The position numbers and the translations under genes are program-made. From contig OZ024741.1 of NCBI GenBank assembly GCA_964016885.1, positions 193,192,001 through 193,256,000 on the forward strand: a stretch of 64,000 bases of DNA. The letters run 5' to 3'. This DNA is from Eledone cirrhosa. Its lineage: Eukaryota. Positions 40,702-53,668 of the stretch are shown here, in pieces. The stretch's first letter is position 1; each line of letters opens with the position of its first letter. A model generated the notes under the pieces. It was not told the origin of the DNA. It did no database searches and saw only the letters and a program-made list of their open reading frames with translations.

Positions 40702-43284
40702 TTACAGATATATACTCAGAGTAGGCCCATTCACTCGGGCCATTCTTGCTTCTCTCACCCATCTTTCAACAAAATGCTGGGAAGAGAGCACTTTCCTCTC
40801 TACTCTGATTTTCCTTTTCAAATGAAACTTGAAAAAGTCAATCAGAGCATCACCGAAGAGGTAAGTGCTCGTCTTCAGCCCTTTCAAACGTGTCCACCAC
40901 ACTATCTCTTTCGCCCTGGCCACCAGACAGATAAAAACTGCCTGCCCTTCCCGGCTAAAGGAGAAGGGCGGGGCAATCCTCACGATGGACGCAGAAGATA
41001 GCCGGATCCGTCCTACACGCGACAGCAGGTGTTCGACATAAACCCACAAGTCAGCGATGCTCGGACACTGGACGAGTGCGTGCAGGACGGTTTCGTCGCC
41101 CTGCGCGCATCTCGGACATGCCCGGCTGACGGCACCTCCATGCCTGTAGAGTTTATCCCGAACTGGCAAAGCTCCTCGGTAGCACTACCAGGCCAGAGAT
41201 TTCTGGAAGTTGTCCATAGACCCTGGCCCGAAAGTTCTTCCGAAGAGATTGGCTAGTTGATTTTCGTCGACGCCTAGAGTTTCCCCAAGTACGTCGTCGT
41301 TCTTCCACTCCACTAATCCTCTATAGAACGCCGAGGTAGTGTTTCCACCGATCACATTGCCCGATTGGTCGAGGGCTGTGAGCGCCTGAAGACATTCCAG
41401 TCTCCAGGCGCTCCCTCTCGATCTTCGCTTGGCCCAGGACTGCAGCTCCGTCAAGGAAACGAGCTGGGGAAATACGTGTCTAACAAACGGCGACCACACC
41501 TGATCACCGTCGAGGAAGAGGTAGAGATGTCGTAGCCTGAGCGCGTGCCTGCGGATCATCAGCCACGGCATGCCCAGCCCTCCACGTAGGTAGCGGGTGT
41601 TGACAACAGATGGACCGCCTGACCATCGGAGCACGTCCCTTCCACAAAAAGCGAAAGAGCAAACGCTCCAGCGCAGTCAGGCGAGGCTTAGGACAAGGTA
41701 CGACGGTCAGGCGGTAGCAGATGACAGACGCGATGTACGCGTTAGCCACCTCCGCTCGACCTTTCAGGGATAGCTTCCTCTCCGCCCATTTCACCTCGTC
41801 CCAGTTTTTGTCCGTCTGGAGGTCCGGACCGAACCAGACCCCTAGCAATTTAACCGGTCCGTCCATCCACCGTCCGACGACGCTTTTGGACGGCATGGAC
41901 CTGCTTCTCCAGGTGCCGAGCTGCAGGCCCACTGACTTTTCCTGGTTGATCATTGCTCCTGTCACCGCTTCGTATTCTCTTAGTGTAGTGCCGATCACCT
42001 CGATGTGTTTGGCGTTCGACACCACTACGGTGACATCGTCCGCATATGCTGACACGGATCTTCCGCATCCTAGTTCGCACCGGACCCCCCTCAACGTCTC
42101 CAATTTGTGCAGTAATGGCTCGAGAGTCAATACGTACAAGAGGGACGAGAGGGGACATCCTTTGCGGACCGAGCGCATGATGTTGAACGGTTCCGACAGG
42201 TGACCGTTCACTCTCACCACAGAGCAGATGTCGCTGTGCATGGCAGCGATCCAGCCTCTGAAGACGGGCCCAAAGCCAGCCGCCCTCAGGGCCAATTTCG
42301 CCGCAAGCACGTCGGTCGCAATGCCTTTGCTAAGCGCCTCGTCTAATTTTCTAACTAGTTCTCCCGCTGCTCTATTTTTCTCTATTGCTAAAGCCTCACT
42401 AAACCTAATCGATTCTATTCTAATCGCGCTTTTCAGAGCAAACCACCACTTGTTGTTGACGATGGCCCCCGTCAACGCCCGCTTAACTAGTTCGCTAATC
42501 CGGTCTCTGTAGGGCTTGCGCGCTGGTAAGGACGCGTTTAGCTTCCAGTAGCGGATCCTCGTCTATGAAGCCTATCTAAGTCAAGCACACAGATCACGAA
42601 TTTGTGGTCCGTGTAGCTGACTATCTTGAATTGTGGACAGCCTATGCTAGACCTATCTATTTCCCTACAAAATACTCTATCTAGATATGATCTGGATGAC
42701 CCTATGCGATTTGTCCAAGTCCACATTGGCACATTCGGGAAATCCAATCGGTACCTGTCAGACAGTTCAAAACGCCTGAGCAGGTTGGTGAGGTTCTTGC
42801 ACCCTCCACCCCTATCCGCTAATCCCACACAGCCCCAGCGTGCATCTAAGATCCCGTTCCAGTCTCCCACTAACACTAAAGAGCGGGACGTTCCAAGAAA
42901 GGTCTCCAGACGCCGGAAGAAATCAGGCCGCCCTGATCCTGTCGGGGCATAGACGGCCACTAGCCTGAGAGCTTGCCCGTCTCCGCTGGTCACGTCCAGC
43001 ACCACCAACTTACCCTCTGGGTCCAGGAAGATGGCCCGTATGGCGAGATCCAAACCTCTCCGAAAAAGCACAGCAACTCCTCCCCCCGATTCAGGACGGC
43101 TGGGAGATGCGTACACATCGTAGCCGCCGAAGATCGGTGCGAAGGCCCGTGCCTCGGAGATTCTGGTCTCGCTGATGGCCACTACATCTATGTTTAGTGG
43201 CCTGAGGTCGTTGAGCAGGTCACCCTGCTTCTATGATGACCCCAAGCCACGCGCATTTATGCTGCCTATTCTGAGTGAGGTCAT
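40702..43284 (-). pseudogene. Disrupted ORF2 lacking the N-terminal RT region
   Basis: APE motifs in 42538-43182. KLAL|RAAGFG fusion relative to the 414-3774 copy. AYADD and CPRC present. Confidence 0.9.
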
Positions 43285-43475
43285 GTTTAAAATAGAGTGG
43301 AAAAGAAGGGAAAGACCACTTACCGTACTTTTCGTAGAGGAGGGATGGTTTTTCCATCCCTTTTCACTTGATCGTCTGGTGAAGGGACCGTTGAATCGTC
43401 CCTTCGGCTGGTCGTCGGCTCTTTTATGAGTATGTCCGAATTGTTCGGTTGATAGTTCCTCCTAGGTCTCTGAAA

Positions 43476-45488
43476 TCACCAACTGCGTTGGGGAATTTCG
43501 TTTTGATGTTTGTGTATTTTTTTCTGTGCTATTTTTAGCAGTCTTATGTTAATTGGCGTTTTGATTGGTGCTGGTATTATGTAGTCGTGTTGTGAAATGT
43601 CTGTGTGTTCAATTATGTAAGTCATTAGTTTCTTGCTGTGTGTATTTATTGCCGTGCATTTGTTTTTCTGGGGGTGGGGTGTGGTTCTGCTATTTTCTTG
43701 TCGTTGTTGCTGGGTGTGTGTGTTTTGTTGTTGTGTTTGCGATGTTCGTGCTTGTGGTGGTGGTGTTGAAGGTGTTGTTGGCGGTGGGGTTGTCGCCGGT
43801 GGTGATGGTGGTGCTAGTGTGGGTGGTGATGGTGGTGCTAGTGTGGGTGGTGATGGTGTTGGTGGTGTTGCTGCTGTGAGTCTCTTTGCAGTAGACTTTA
43901 CCCTTTTTTCATTTCTTTCCTCCCTTTTCAAAGGCGACGATGCGCTGCTTCTGCGTTTGTGCCTTCTTACGATCTTTTGCCATCCCTCTCCCACCTCATA
44001 CTCCATGTCTGATTCTGTGAGGTCGGGGAGGGGTACCAGCTCCACTCTTTCACTTGTTGTTGTTGGTGATGTTTGCACTGGAGTCTCTGTTGCAGCTGCA
44101 TTTGGTATTGCTGTTGTTGTTGTTAATACTTCCACTGCTGCTGCTGTTTTTGATTTCCATGGCGTGGGTATGGGTGCCACGGACCTATCGTTCCTGGTTG
44201 CCGCTTGTCCTGTTGCTGGTAGCCGTGGAGCCGGTTTCGGAAGGAGGGGGGTTTTCTCCTTTCTCAGTGTCTTCTCGTTGCAGAAGGCCCTGAGGTGAGT
44301 CTTCGATCCACAGCGAAAGCATTTCGGGCGTTTGCCCTCAACACTTATGGGCAGTTGAGTGCTGTTATCGAAGTCTATCACATCCGGGATAGCTTCGATG
44401 CACTCCTGGTTGGTTTGGATTAACATCTCAATGGAGGTACCGACCCAATCTTCTCTTACTTTTTTCTGTACTTGCAGTACAGTTGTTTTGTCCTCGATTC
44501 CGACGAGGACAGACGCGGCCAGCCAAGAAGGGGCCATCCCGGGGGGGGGGGGGGGGGTCAGTTTGACCCTCACAATTTTTTGCCCGCAGTAGGAGGGCAC
44601 CAACACCATTTCCTCGCTCCTTAGGGTCACTACGGATTGAGCCTTTGCCTCCTGGGGTGTGGAAAAAAGTACGTCTACGGTGGCATATTTCTTGCCTCGG
44701 GTGATGTGCGTTTTCCGCTGCCACACAGACCCCAAGGCTTTTTGTATTTGGGCCTCTGTCGCTCTTTCAACCCTACGGGTTTTTGTACTTACTGTACGGT
44801 ACGGGACCGTACAGTGCTGTTGGGTTTCGAAAAATGTTTCCGCTGCCTTGCAGATTGCTCGGTGTCCAGTTTTTGTCACCATCTTCTTCGCTTCCTCTAA
44901 TTCCTCATTTGTTATGAGGATTGTTTCCAGGTTCTTCGCGATACCTGCAAACGAGATTGGTTTTTCTTTGCTGCTGTTGTTGTTGTTGTTGTTGTCGTCA
45001 GAGCTGCTGTTACTTTTGTTGTTGCTGCAGGTACTACGACTACTGCCGCCGCCGCTGTTGCTGTGGTTGTTATTGTTGTTGCTGCTGCTAATGCTGTTGT
45101 TGTTTATGCTGCTGCTGATGCTGTTGCGGCTGCTACTGTTGTTTTCATTGTCACTGTTGCTGTTGTTATTACGGCTGCTACTGCTATTATTCCTGACGTC
45201 AGACGAATGAAATGGGTTTTCGTATTTCCCGCACACCTGTTTCGTCGTTGTCGTCGTCGTCGTGGAGAAATCTTGCACGCTTTGCACGAGACTTTTCTTT
45301 TCTGTCGTCGCTTGCGAAAGAGAAGGGAGGGAGAGAGACACATTTAAAGAAGGGAGGGAGAGAGACAATCTTCTCTCTGCTGTAGTGACGATTGGGGAAG
45401 AAGAAGACGGAATGAGTGGGAGTGACCTATGACAATTCTTTTTCGTAGCCATGTTGTTTTTTTTTTTGTTTAAAATAATATTGGGCAC
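43476..45488 (-). CDS. ORF1 gag-like protein (probably frameshifted near the C-terminus)
   Basis: CCHC knuckle CFRCGSKTHLRAFC, Ser/Asn and Pro-rich tracts. The homologous stop site lies near 43320. Confidence 0.85.
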   Translation of the reverse strand: MPNIILNKKKNNMATKKNCHRSLPLIPSSSSPIVTTAERRLSLSLPSLNVSLSLPSLSQATTEKKSLVQSVQDFSTTTTTTTKQVCGKYENPFHSSDVRNNSSSSRNNNSNSDNENNSSSRNSISSSINNNSISSSNNNNNHSNSGGGSSRSTCSNNKSNSSSDDNNNNNNSSKEKPISFAGIAKNLETILITNEELEEAKKMVTKTGHRAICKAAETFFETQQHCTVPYRTVSTKTRRVERATEAQIQKALGSVWQRKTHITRGKKYATVDVLFSTPQEAKAQSVVTLRSEEMVLVPSYCGQKIVRVKLTPPPPPGMAPSWLAASVLVGIEDKTTVLQVQKKVREDWVGTSIEMLIQTNQECIEAIPDVIDFDNSTQLPISVEGKRPKCFRCGSKTHLRAFCNEKTLRKEKTPLLPKPAPRLPATGQAATRNDRSVAPIPTPWKSKTAAAVEVLTTTTAIPNAAATETPVQTSPTTTSERVELVPLPDLTESDMEYEVGEGWQKIVRRHKRRSSASSPLKREERNEKRVKSTAKRLTAATPPTPSPPTLAPPSPPTLAPPSPPATTPPPTTPSTPPPQARTSQTQQQNTHTQQQRQENSRTTPHPQKNKCTAINTHSKKLMTYIIEHTDISQHDYIIPAPIKTPINIRLLKIAQKKIHKHQNEIPQRSW

Positions 45489-45670
45489 AAAACCCCAATA
45501 AGCAGTTATTTAACCCCGAAGGGCCAAATAACGGGCAGAAAGACCCCTCTCACGAGGAGGAGGGTGTTTTTGTCTACAATTTGGTTAAAGTTTTAAACAA
45601 TTTACAATTGTTATAGCGTTCAAAATTTACAATACCTTACAGAGCCGAGCCTCCGTCAACCGTAGCATTC

Positions 45671-45700
<30 letters not shown>

Positions 45701-45701
<1 letters not shown>

Positions 45702-45934
45702 CTTTCTTTATTAACCACAAGGGTTTACACAAAGTAGACATTAAGGACAGTACAATACAGGACGGTGCAAAAGGGCATTTCTGCGTGTTTAAAAAAAAAA
45801 CAGAGGATGTAATAATAGAACAATGAAAAAATTCCCTAACAGGGGGGAGACTTCCGAGGGACATTCGTGGAAAGCCCATTAAAAAGCCACAGTGACTCTG
45901 ACCACCAGGGCAAGTGCCCTCTCCCAGTTCTCCA
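45701..45934 (-). mobile_element. Family A 3' UTR fragment
   Basis: Matches 40454-40694. Preceded by (AAT)10. Confidence 0.9.
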
Positions 45935-47944
45935 ACTATAGTGGTGTTACCAACTATAGACCTATCACATGTCTGTCCGTAATGTGGAAACTGTTGACAA
46001 GCATTGTGCCTGACGAAATCTACCATCACCTGCACACAAACAACTTGTTACCGGACGAAAAGAAAGGATGCCGAAAGAGGTCCCATGGTACAAAGGACCA
46101 GTTACTTATTGATAAGATGGTAATGAGGAATTGCAAGAGGAGACACACTGGTCTTGCCATGGGATGGATAGACTACAAAAAGGCATTTGACATGGTGCCT
46201 CATTCTTGGATCACCAAAAGCCTAGAGATCTTCAGGGTGGCAGATAACATCAGACAGTTGTTGAGCACAAGTATGAAGTCCTAGAAAACAGAGTTAACAT
46301 CAGCTGGAGAATCCTTGGGAGGCGTGAAGTTCAAGAGAGGTATCTTCCAGGGAGATAGTCTGTTCCCTCTGTTGTTTGTCCTTGCCCTGATCCTCCTGAC
46401 CATTATACTGCGAAAAGTGAGAGCAGGATACAAGTTGGGAAAGGGAGAGCTTACCATCAATCACCTCCTCTTCATGGACGATCTTAAGCTCTTCGGGAAG
46501 AGTCAGAAGGAGTTGGATGTGCTTGTTGACACTGTCCGTATTTTCAGCAATGATATATGTATGCAATTTGGTATTAGTAAGTGTGGAGTCCTAGTTATGA
46601 AGAGTGGTAAATTGAGCAGAGCAACGGAATCCAGGAACCAACAGGTGAGATGATAAAGGAAATTGATACTGAAGAAGGATACAAATATTTGGGTGTTCTG
46701 GAGGCTGATGACATCAAGAACAGAAAAATGAAGGAATTGATAAGATCTGAATACATTCGGAGAGTAAGGAACATACGAAAGTCACATCTGAACAGTAGGA
46801 ATGTCATAAGTGCAGTGAATTCCCAAGCTGTGTCTATTATTAGGTACAGATGGAATGTTGCTGAACAAAAAGAAATAGATAGGAAGACTATGTTCCACAA
46901 GAGGAGTGATGTCGATAGACTCTACTTAAGGAGATCTGAAGGTGGAAAGGGTCTTATCAGCATAGCGGACTGTGTTCAGATGGAGAAAAACAACCTACAC
47001 AAATACGTGACTGATAGTAAGGGACCAATGCTCAGAATTGTACTGAAGGAGAGGACAATAGACCAGGGGATGTCCAAGGAGGAAATAACAAGGAGAAAGA
47101 GCAGCCTTCATGAAAAATCCCTTCATAGTACCTTCTTTGAGAAAACGGAATTCAGAGATCCACAGACATGGAACTGGTTGAAAAGAGGAGACCTTAAAAA
47201 GGCTACAGAAGGAATGCTAATGGCTGCGCAAGAGCAGGCCCTCAAAACCAAGTGGCTGAAACACCATATTTACAAGGAGGACGTTAGCCCACTGTGCAGG
47301 ATCTGTGGAGAGAGGGAGGAGACTGTGGCTTACATTGTATCCGAGTGTAAACACCTAGCCCAGACTCACTATAAAGGCTGGAGACATGATGTGACGGGCA
47401 GGGTGATCCACTGGCCTCTATGCAAAGTAAACAATTTACCACATCCTGAGAAGTGGTATGAGCATAAGCCAGAGTCGGTGATAGAAAACAATCAGGGAAA
47501 GGTGCTATGGGATTTTAGGATACAGACGGACAAGAAACTGGAACACAATAGACCTGACCTGGTGGTTTTGGACAAGGAAAAAAGATCGTGCCTGATTGTG
47601 GATGTGGCCTGCCCATTCGACACGAGATTGCAAGAGAAGGAGAGGGAGAAAATTAACCGATACCAGGACTTAAAGTGGGAGGTAAAAACGATTTGGAACT
47701 GCCATGAAATGGAGGTGGTCCCGATTGTCATACGCGCACTAGGTACTATCTCAAGGAGTTTCCAGGGATGGTTAAAGAAGATTAGTCCAGCCCCGCTTTT
47801 TGGAACACTTCAAAAGGCATGCTTGCTGGAAACAGCAAGAACCCTCCGATACGTCCTGAATATCTGAGGCTGCAGGTAGCAGCTTGATGTTCATTTCAAC
47901 AAACTTTCCAGTTAAATAACATCAATGACTGAGACTCAAAGAAC
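45935..47944 (+). mobile_element. R4/Dong-like RLE LINE, 5'-truncated, (AAT)n tail
   Basis: NYRPITCL, GIFQGDSL, FMDD, CRIC..ETV...C, RHD, RPD..IVDVACP. Confidence 0.9.
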
Positions 47945-47956
47945 AATAATAATAAT

Positions 47957-49140
47957 GATTTCTTTATTGGCCACAAGGGCTGACATCAAGAAAAACATTA
48001 CAGACGGCACAGGACGGTACAGGACGGTACGATGTGGGTTTGTACGTGTAAATATTTTTATTATTTATATAAGAAAAGAAAAAATAAGACAGAAACATAT
48101 ATATATATATAAACAATAAAAATGAAAATTGAAACAATGAAAAATTCCCCAATATGGGGGGGGGGGGGGACCACTGAGGGTTACTCGTGGCGAAAACCAC
48201 ACAAAAGACCACCAGGGCAAGCGCCCTCTCTCAATTTTTCCATTTCTCAAACTACAGACGTATATTCAGAGCGGTCCCGTTCACTCGAACCATTCTCACT
48301 ACATTCACCCACCTTTCAACAAACTTGCTAGAAGGCAGCACTTGCCTCTCCACCCTGATTTTCCTCTTCAAGTGAAACTTGAAAAAGTTAATTAGGGATT
48401 CGCCGAAGAGGAAAGTGTCTGTCTTTAACCCTTTCAACCTTGTCCACCACACAATCTCTTTCGCCATGGCCACCAGGCAGATGAAAACCGCCTGCCCTTC
48501 CTCCTCGAAGGAAGACGGCGAGACCATCTGCACAATGGACTCAGTCGATAACCAGATCAGTCCCACACGCGACAGCAACTGTTCGACGTAGCTCCACAAT
48601 TCAGCAATGCTCGGGCACTGAACGAGTGCGTGCACGACAGTTTCGTCGCTCTGCGCGCATCTCGGACAGGCTCGGCTGACGGAACTTCCGTGCCTGTAGA
48701 GCTTATCTCGGACCGGTAGCACTGCCAGGCCAGAGATTTTTGGAAGTTATCCATAGGCCCTGGGCTGAAAGTTCTCTTGAAGAGAGCAAACAGCTGATCT
48801 TCATTCCAGTTTCCAAGCGCTATCCCTCGGTCTTTTTCTGACCCAGGACTGCAGCTCCGTCAAGGAGACGAGCTGTGGGAAAACGTGCCTGGCGAACGGC
48901 GACCACACCTGTTCACCGTCAAGGAAGCACCAGAGATGTCGCAGCCTCAGCGCATGTTTGCGCATCATCAGCCATGGCATGCCCAGTCCTCCACGCAATG
49001 GGTGTTGACAGCAGATGGATCGTCTGACCATGGGAGAGCGTCCATTCCACAAAAAGCGGAAGAGGAGGCGCTCCATTTTGGTGAGAGTTGGGCCGGGACA
49101 AGGGACGACGGTGAGGCGGTAGCAGATGACGGATGCGATG
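47957..49140 (-). mobile_element. 5'-truncated Tx1 LINE (distinct 3' UTR, family C) between (AAT)n runs
   Basis: ORFs 48252-48722 and 48801-49076 are homologous to the family A ORF2 C-terminus. Confidence 0.88.
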
Positions 49141-49156
49141 TAATAATAATAATAAT

Positions 49157-50621
49157 GATTTCATTTATTAGCCACAAGAGCCGACATGTAGGGGACAATA
49201 CAATGACAGTAACAGTGGGGTTTACAATAAGGTCGAGTAAAAGTGCATAATGGCAAGACTAATTTAACAATGAAGATATAAAAAATATAAAATAAACTAT
49301 GCATACATATAACAAAATAAATTCCCTGATAGGGGGTGGACGACCCTGGGGTCACTCGGGTACCCCACCAATCCTGAACCACCCTGCGCTTCTAGGGTAC
49401 CCAGGGAGAGCACCCCCCTACTCAAGTTAGCTAGCCTATAGGCGCATGGTCAAAGTAGGCCCATTCACACGGGCCATTCTCGCCACATTCATCCACCTTT
49501 TAGCAAATATACTGGGGAGCAGCACTTCTCTCTCCACCCTCACCTTCCTTTCCAGATGAAACTTGAAGAAGTTGACGAGGGATTGGCCGAAGAGAAAAAT
49601 GTCTGTCTTCAGTCCTTTTAATTTGGTCCACCATATAACCTCTTTCGTAACTGCCACCAAACAGAGGAAAATTTCCTGCTCTTCTTGACCTAAAGAAGGC
49701 GGCGGTTTGATCTTCACTATAGACTCGGCCGATAGCCGGATTCGTTCCACACGCGACAGTAGCTGTTCGACATAACTCCACAAGTCAGTAATGCACGGAC
49801 ATTGGACAAGTGCGTGCAGAACGGTTTCGTCGTTCTGTACGCATCTTGGGCAGTTCCGTCTGACAGCACTTCCGTGCCTGTAGAGTTTATCCCGAACCGG
49901 CAGTGTCCCCCGGTAGCACAGCCAAGCGAGGGATTTCTGGAAATTATCCATCGTCCCCGGCTCGAAAGTCCTCCGGTACAGACTGGTCAGTTCGACTTCG
50001 TCGAGGACCAAAGCCTCTCCGAGTGCGTCATCACACTTGACCACCACTAATCCTCTATAGCACTCGAGAGTGGAAGTTCCACTGATCGTATTGCCCGCTT
50101 GGTAGAGGGCAGTGAGTGCGTGGCAACATTCCAGGTGCCAGTCACTCAGTCTCGGTCTCTTCTTGACCCAGGACTGCAGCTCAGTCAAAGAAACGAGCTG
50201 TGGAAAGGCCCGTCTGATAAACGGCGTCCACACCTGTTCACCGTGTAGGCAGAATATCTGGATATGTCGCAGTCTCAACGAATGTCTGCGCATCATTAGC
50301 CACGGCACGACCAGCCCTCCTCGTAGAGGGTGCTGGCAGCAGATGGACTGCCTCACCTACGGAACTTACCCCCCCCCCCCCCCACAAGAATTTGAAGAGG
50401 AGCCGTTCCAACTTGACGAGGCGCGGACAGGGGCAAGGCACGACGGTCAGGCGGTAGTAGATGACGGACACGATGAACGCATTCGCCACCTCCGCGTGAC
50501 CTTTCAGTGATAGCGTCCTCCCAGCCCATTTTTGGGTGATACTGGCTACTCTGCTCGTTACCTCGTTCCAATTCTTTTCCACCTGGAGGTCTGGTCCGAA
50601 CCAAACCCCGAGCAACTTTAT
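49157..50621 (-). mobile_element. 5'-truncated Tx1 LINE (family D) between (AAT)n runs
   Basis: ORF 49436-50356 is homologous to the ORF2 C-terminus. Has its own 3' UTR ending in aataaa. Confidence 0.88.
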
Positions 50622-50641
50622 ACTAATAATAATAATAATAA

Positions 50642-50695
50642 TTGTTTCTACTTTAGGCACAAGGCCAGCAAATTACCCAGTGCATTACTGGTACT

Positions 50696-50697
<2 letters not shown>
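50642..50697 (-). mobile_element. 3' fragment of the Meta-like SINE inside the (AAT)n stack
   Basis: Reverse complement reads aaagtaccagtaatgcactgg..gctggccttgtgcctaaagtagaaacaa followed by (tta)n. Confidence 0.85.
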
Positions 50698-50727
<30 letters not shown>

Positions 50728-50729
<2 letters not shown>

Positions 50730-51808
50730 TTTCTTTATTAACCACAAGGGTTTACACAAAGTAGACATTAAGGACAGTACAGGACAATACAGGACGGTAC
50801 AAATGGGCATTTCTGCGTGTAAAAAAACAAAAAAAAAAGAGGATGTAACAAAAAAATAACAATGAAAAATTCCCCAATAAGGGGGAGACTTCCGAGGGAC
50901 ATTTGTGGAGAAAGCCCATTAAAAGGCCACAGTGACCCTGACCACCAGGGCAAGTTGCCTCTCCCAGTTTTCCACCTTCAATTTACAGGCATGTACTCAG
51001 AGTAGGTCCATTCACTCGGGCCATACTTGCTTCTCTCACCCATCTTTCAACAAAATGCTGGGAAGAGAGCACTTCCCTCTCTACCCTGATTTTCCTTTTC
51101 AAATGAAATTTGAAAAAGTTAATCAGGGCATCACCGAAGAGGTAAGTGCTCGTCTTCAGCCCTTTCAAACGTGTCCACCATACTACCTCTTTCGCCATGG
51201 CCTCCAGACAGATAAAAACTACCTGCCCTTCCCGGCTAAAGGAAGATGGCGGGGCAATCCTCAATAATAATAATAATGCTTTCTTTATTAACCACAAGGG
51301 TTTACATAAAGTAGACATTAAGGACAGTACAGGACAATACAGGACGGTACAAATGGGCATTTCTGCGTGTAAAAAAACAAAAACAGAGGATGTAACAAAA
51401 GTTAACAATGAAAAATTCCACAATAGGGGAGAGACTTCCGAGGGACATTTGTGGAGAAAGCCCATTAAAAGACCACAGTGACCCTGACCACCAGGTAAAG
51501 TGCCCTCTCCCAGTTTTCCACCTTTAATTTACAGACACATACTCAGAATAGGCCCATTCACACGGGCCATACTTGTTTCTCTCACCCATCTTTCAACAAA
51601 ATGCTGGGAAGAGAGCACTTCCCTCTCTACCCTGATTTTCCTTTTCAAATGAAATTTGAAAAAGTTAATCAGAGCATCACCGAAGAGGTAAGTGTTCGTC
51701 TTCAGCCCTTTCAAACGTGTCCACCATACTATCTCTTTCGCCATGGCCACCAGACAGATAAAAACTGCCTGCCCTTCCCAGCTAAAGGAAGAGGGCGGGG
51801 CAATCCTC
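50728..51808 (-). mobile_element. Two about 533-bp family A 3' fragments with identical 5' breakpoints
   Basis: 50728-51262 and 51278-51808 both end at gggcaatcctc|aataat. Confidence 0.9.
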
Positions 51809-51829
51809 AATAATAATAATAATGATAAT

Positions 51830-53668
51830 TGAATAGTGAAAAGAAATCACTGGAAGCTGGAGAAGTTAATATTAATTGTGGAATTTTTCAGGGTGACTCT
51901 TTATCACCGCTTTTATTCTGCATCGCACTTATACCATTAAGTAAAATGCTCAATGAAACAAAACATGGATATAGAGTCTATGACAAAACCATTAATCACT
52001 TGTTCTACATGGATGACCTGAAACTATTTGCAAAAAATGATGAACAATTGCAAGGGCTATTATCCACTGTGGAGCAATTCAGTAATGACATTAAAATGGA
52101 GTTTGGACTAGATAAATGCGCCAAAGCAACGTTCACCAGAAGAAAGTTGCTGAAATGTTCAGATATTAATCTTGATCGGGGGAATGTGATAAGAGAACTT
52201 GATCAAGAGGAATCTTACAAATATCTAGGTGTTTGTAAAGGAGACGGAATCAAGCACTCGACAATGAGGGAAAGGATAAGGAAGGAATGTTACCGCAGAG
52301 TAAGAGCAATCTTAAGAACGGAATTGAATGCAAGGAATAGGCTCGATGCCATAAACACGCTTGCCATACCAGTAGTAACCTACAGTTACGATGTAATCAA
52401 CTGGTCAAGCACAGAGATCCGTAGGCTCGATACAAAAATTAGAAAATTCTTAACCATGCACAGAATGCATCACCCTAAGGCAGACACAGATAGAATATAT
52501 CTCCCTAGGAAAGAAGGAGGACGTGGGTTAATCCAGTTAGATATTGCGTTGAAAACTGCAGCAACTGGATTATCTACATATCTAAGGGAATCACATGATT
52601 GGATGATCAAACTCATTTTGAAACAAAAGCATCAAAAGATCATACTCCATTACAAAATTACACAAAGTTACAGTAATGGACTACAAATCTCAGAAGTTCC
52701 ATTTACTGCTGAAATGAAAAACACAGAATGAGCAAAGCAGGTAAAAGTAACTGCAAAGAAAGAACTGCTACAGAAACTGGCTAAGAAATGGCAAGAAAAG
52801 CCTCTGTATGGAAAATACCCAGAAAGAGCTAACAATTCTGATGTTGACAAAACTTTAACCCATCAGTGGTTGGCATCCTCTGAACTGAAATCGGAGACTG
52901 AAGGACTGATTATATCAGCACAAGATCAGTGTCTACCAACAAAAAATTACTAAGCCAACATAATAAAAAATGGATGCAACCACTATGCCGTGTATGTAAA
53001 AAACAACCAGAGACCATTGATCATATAATTTCAATGTGCAGTCCTATAGCTCCAACCGAATACCTAAACAGGCATGACAGAACTGCACACTACATACATT
53101 GGATAATGTGTAAGCATTTTGACCTGCCCCATCAAAAGAATTGGTGGGAGCATCAACGACCGCCCATACTTGAAAAAGATCACATCTCAATCTTGTGGAA
53201 CTTTAGCATCCAAAGAGACCGAAAATTAGATGCAAATAGACCTGATATAATACTGAAGGACTTTAAAAAGAGGGTATGCCTGCTAATTGATATGTCCGTT
53301 CCAATAGACAAGAATGTATCTATAAAAACATTTGAAAAATTGAGCAAGTATAAGGACATGGGGATAGAAATTGGAAAAATGTGGAAATTGAGAACGAAGA
53401 ATGATACCTAAGGGGTCTATTGATTACTTATCGCAAATCACAGGAAGCCCGCGTATAGGAGAAATACAAAAGATAGTACTGTTGGGAACTGCCCATATAC
53501 TAAGGAAGATTCTGTCAATATAAGTACATCACAAGTCTAAACACCTAAAGATGCATGTGTGTGTATGTATGTTCTTTCTTGAACATGGCGGACCTTGTTG
53601 TCTCTTGAGGTCACTGTTTGTGACTTGGTGATAACTCGTATGAACATAAAGCAAGTTAAATGCAACTG
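51830..53668 (+). mobile_element. Second R4/Dong-like RLE LINE family flanked by (TAA)n on both sides
   Basis: GIFQGDSLS, YMDD, CRVC..ETIDHIISMC, RHD, RPD..LIDMSVP. Tail at 53669-53690. Confidence 0.9.

Larger units (their letters stand above)
40454..45670 (-). mobile_element. Tx1-clade LINE family A, both ends present, internally deleted
   Basis: 5' end gaatgctacggttgacgg abuts (ATT)10. 3' end aataaagaaatc(att)n. ORF1 plus disrupted ORF2. Confidence 0.93.
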
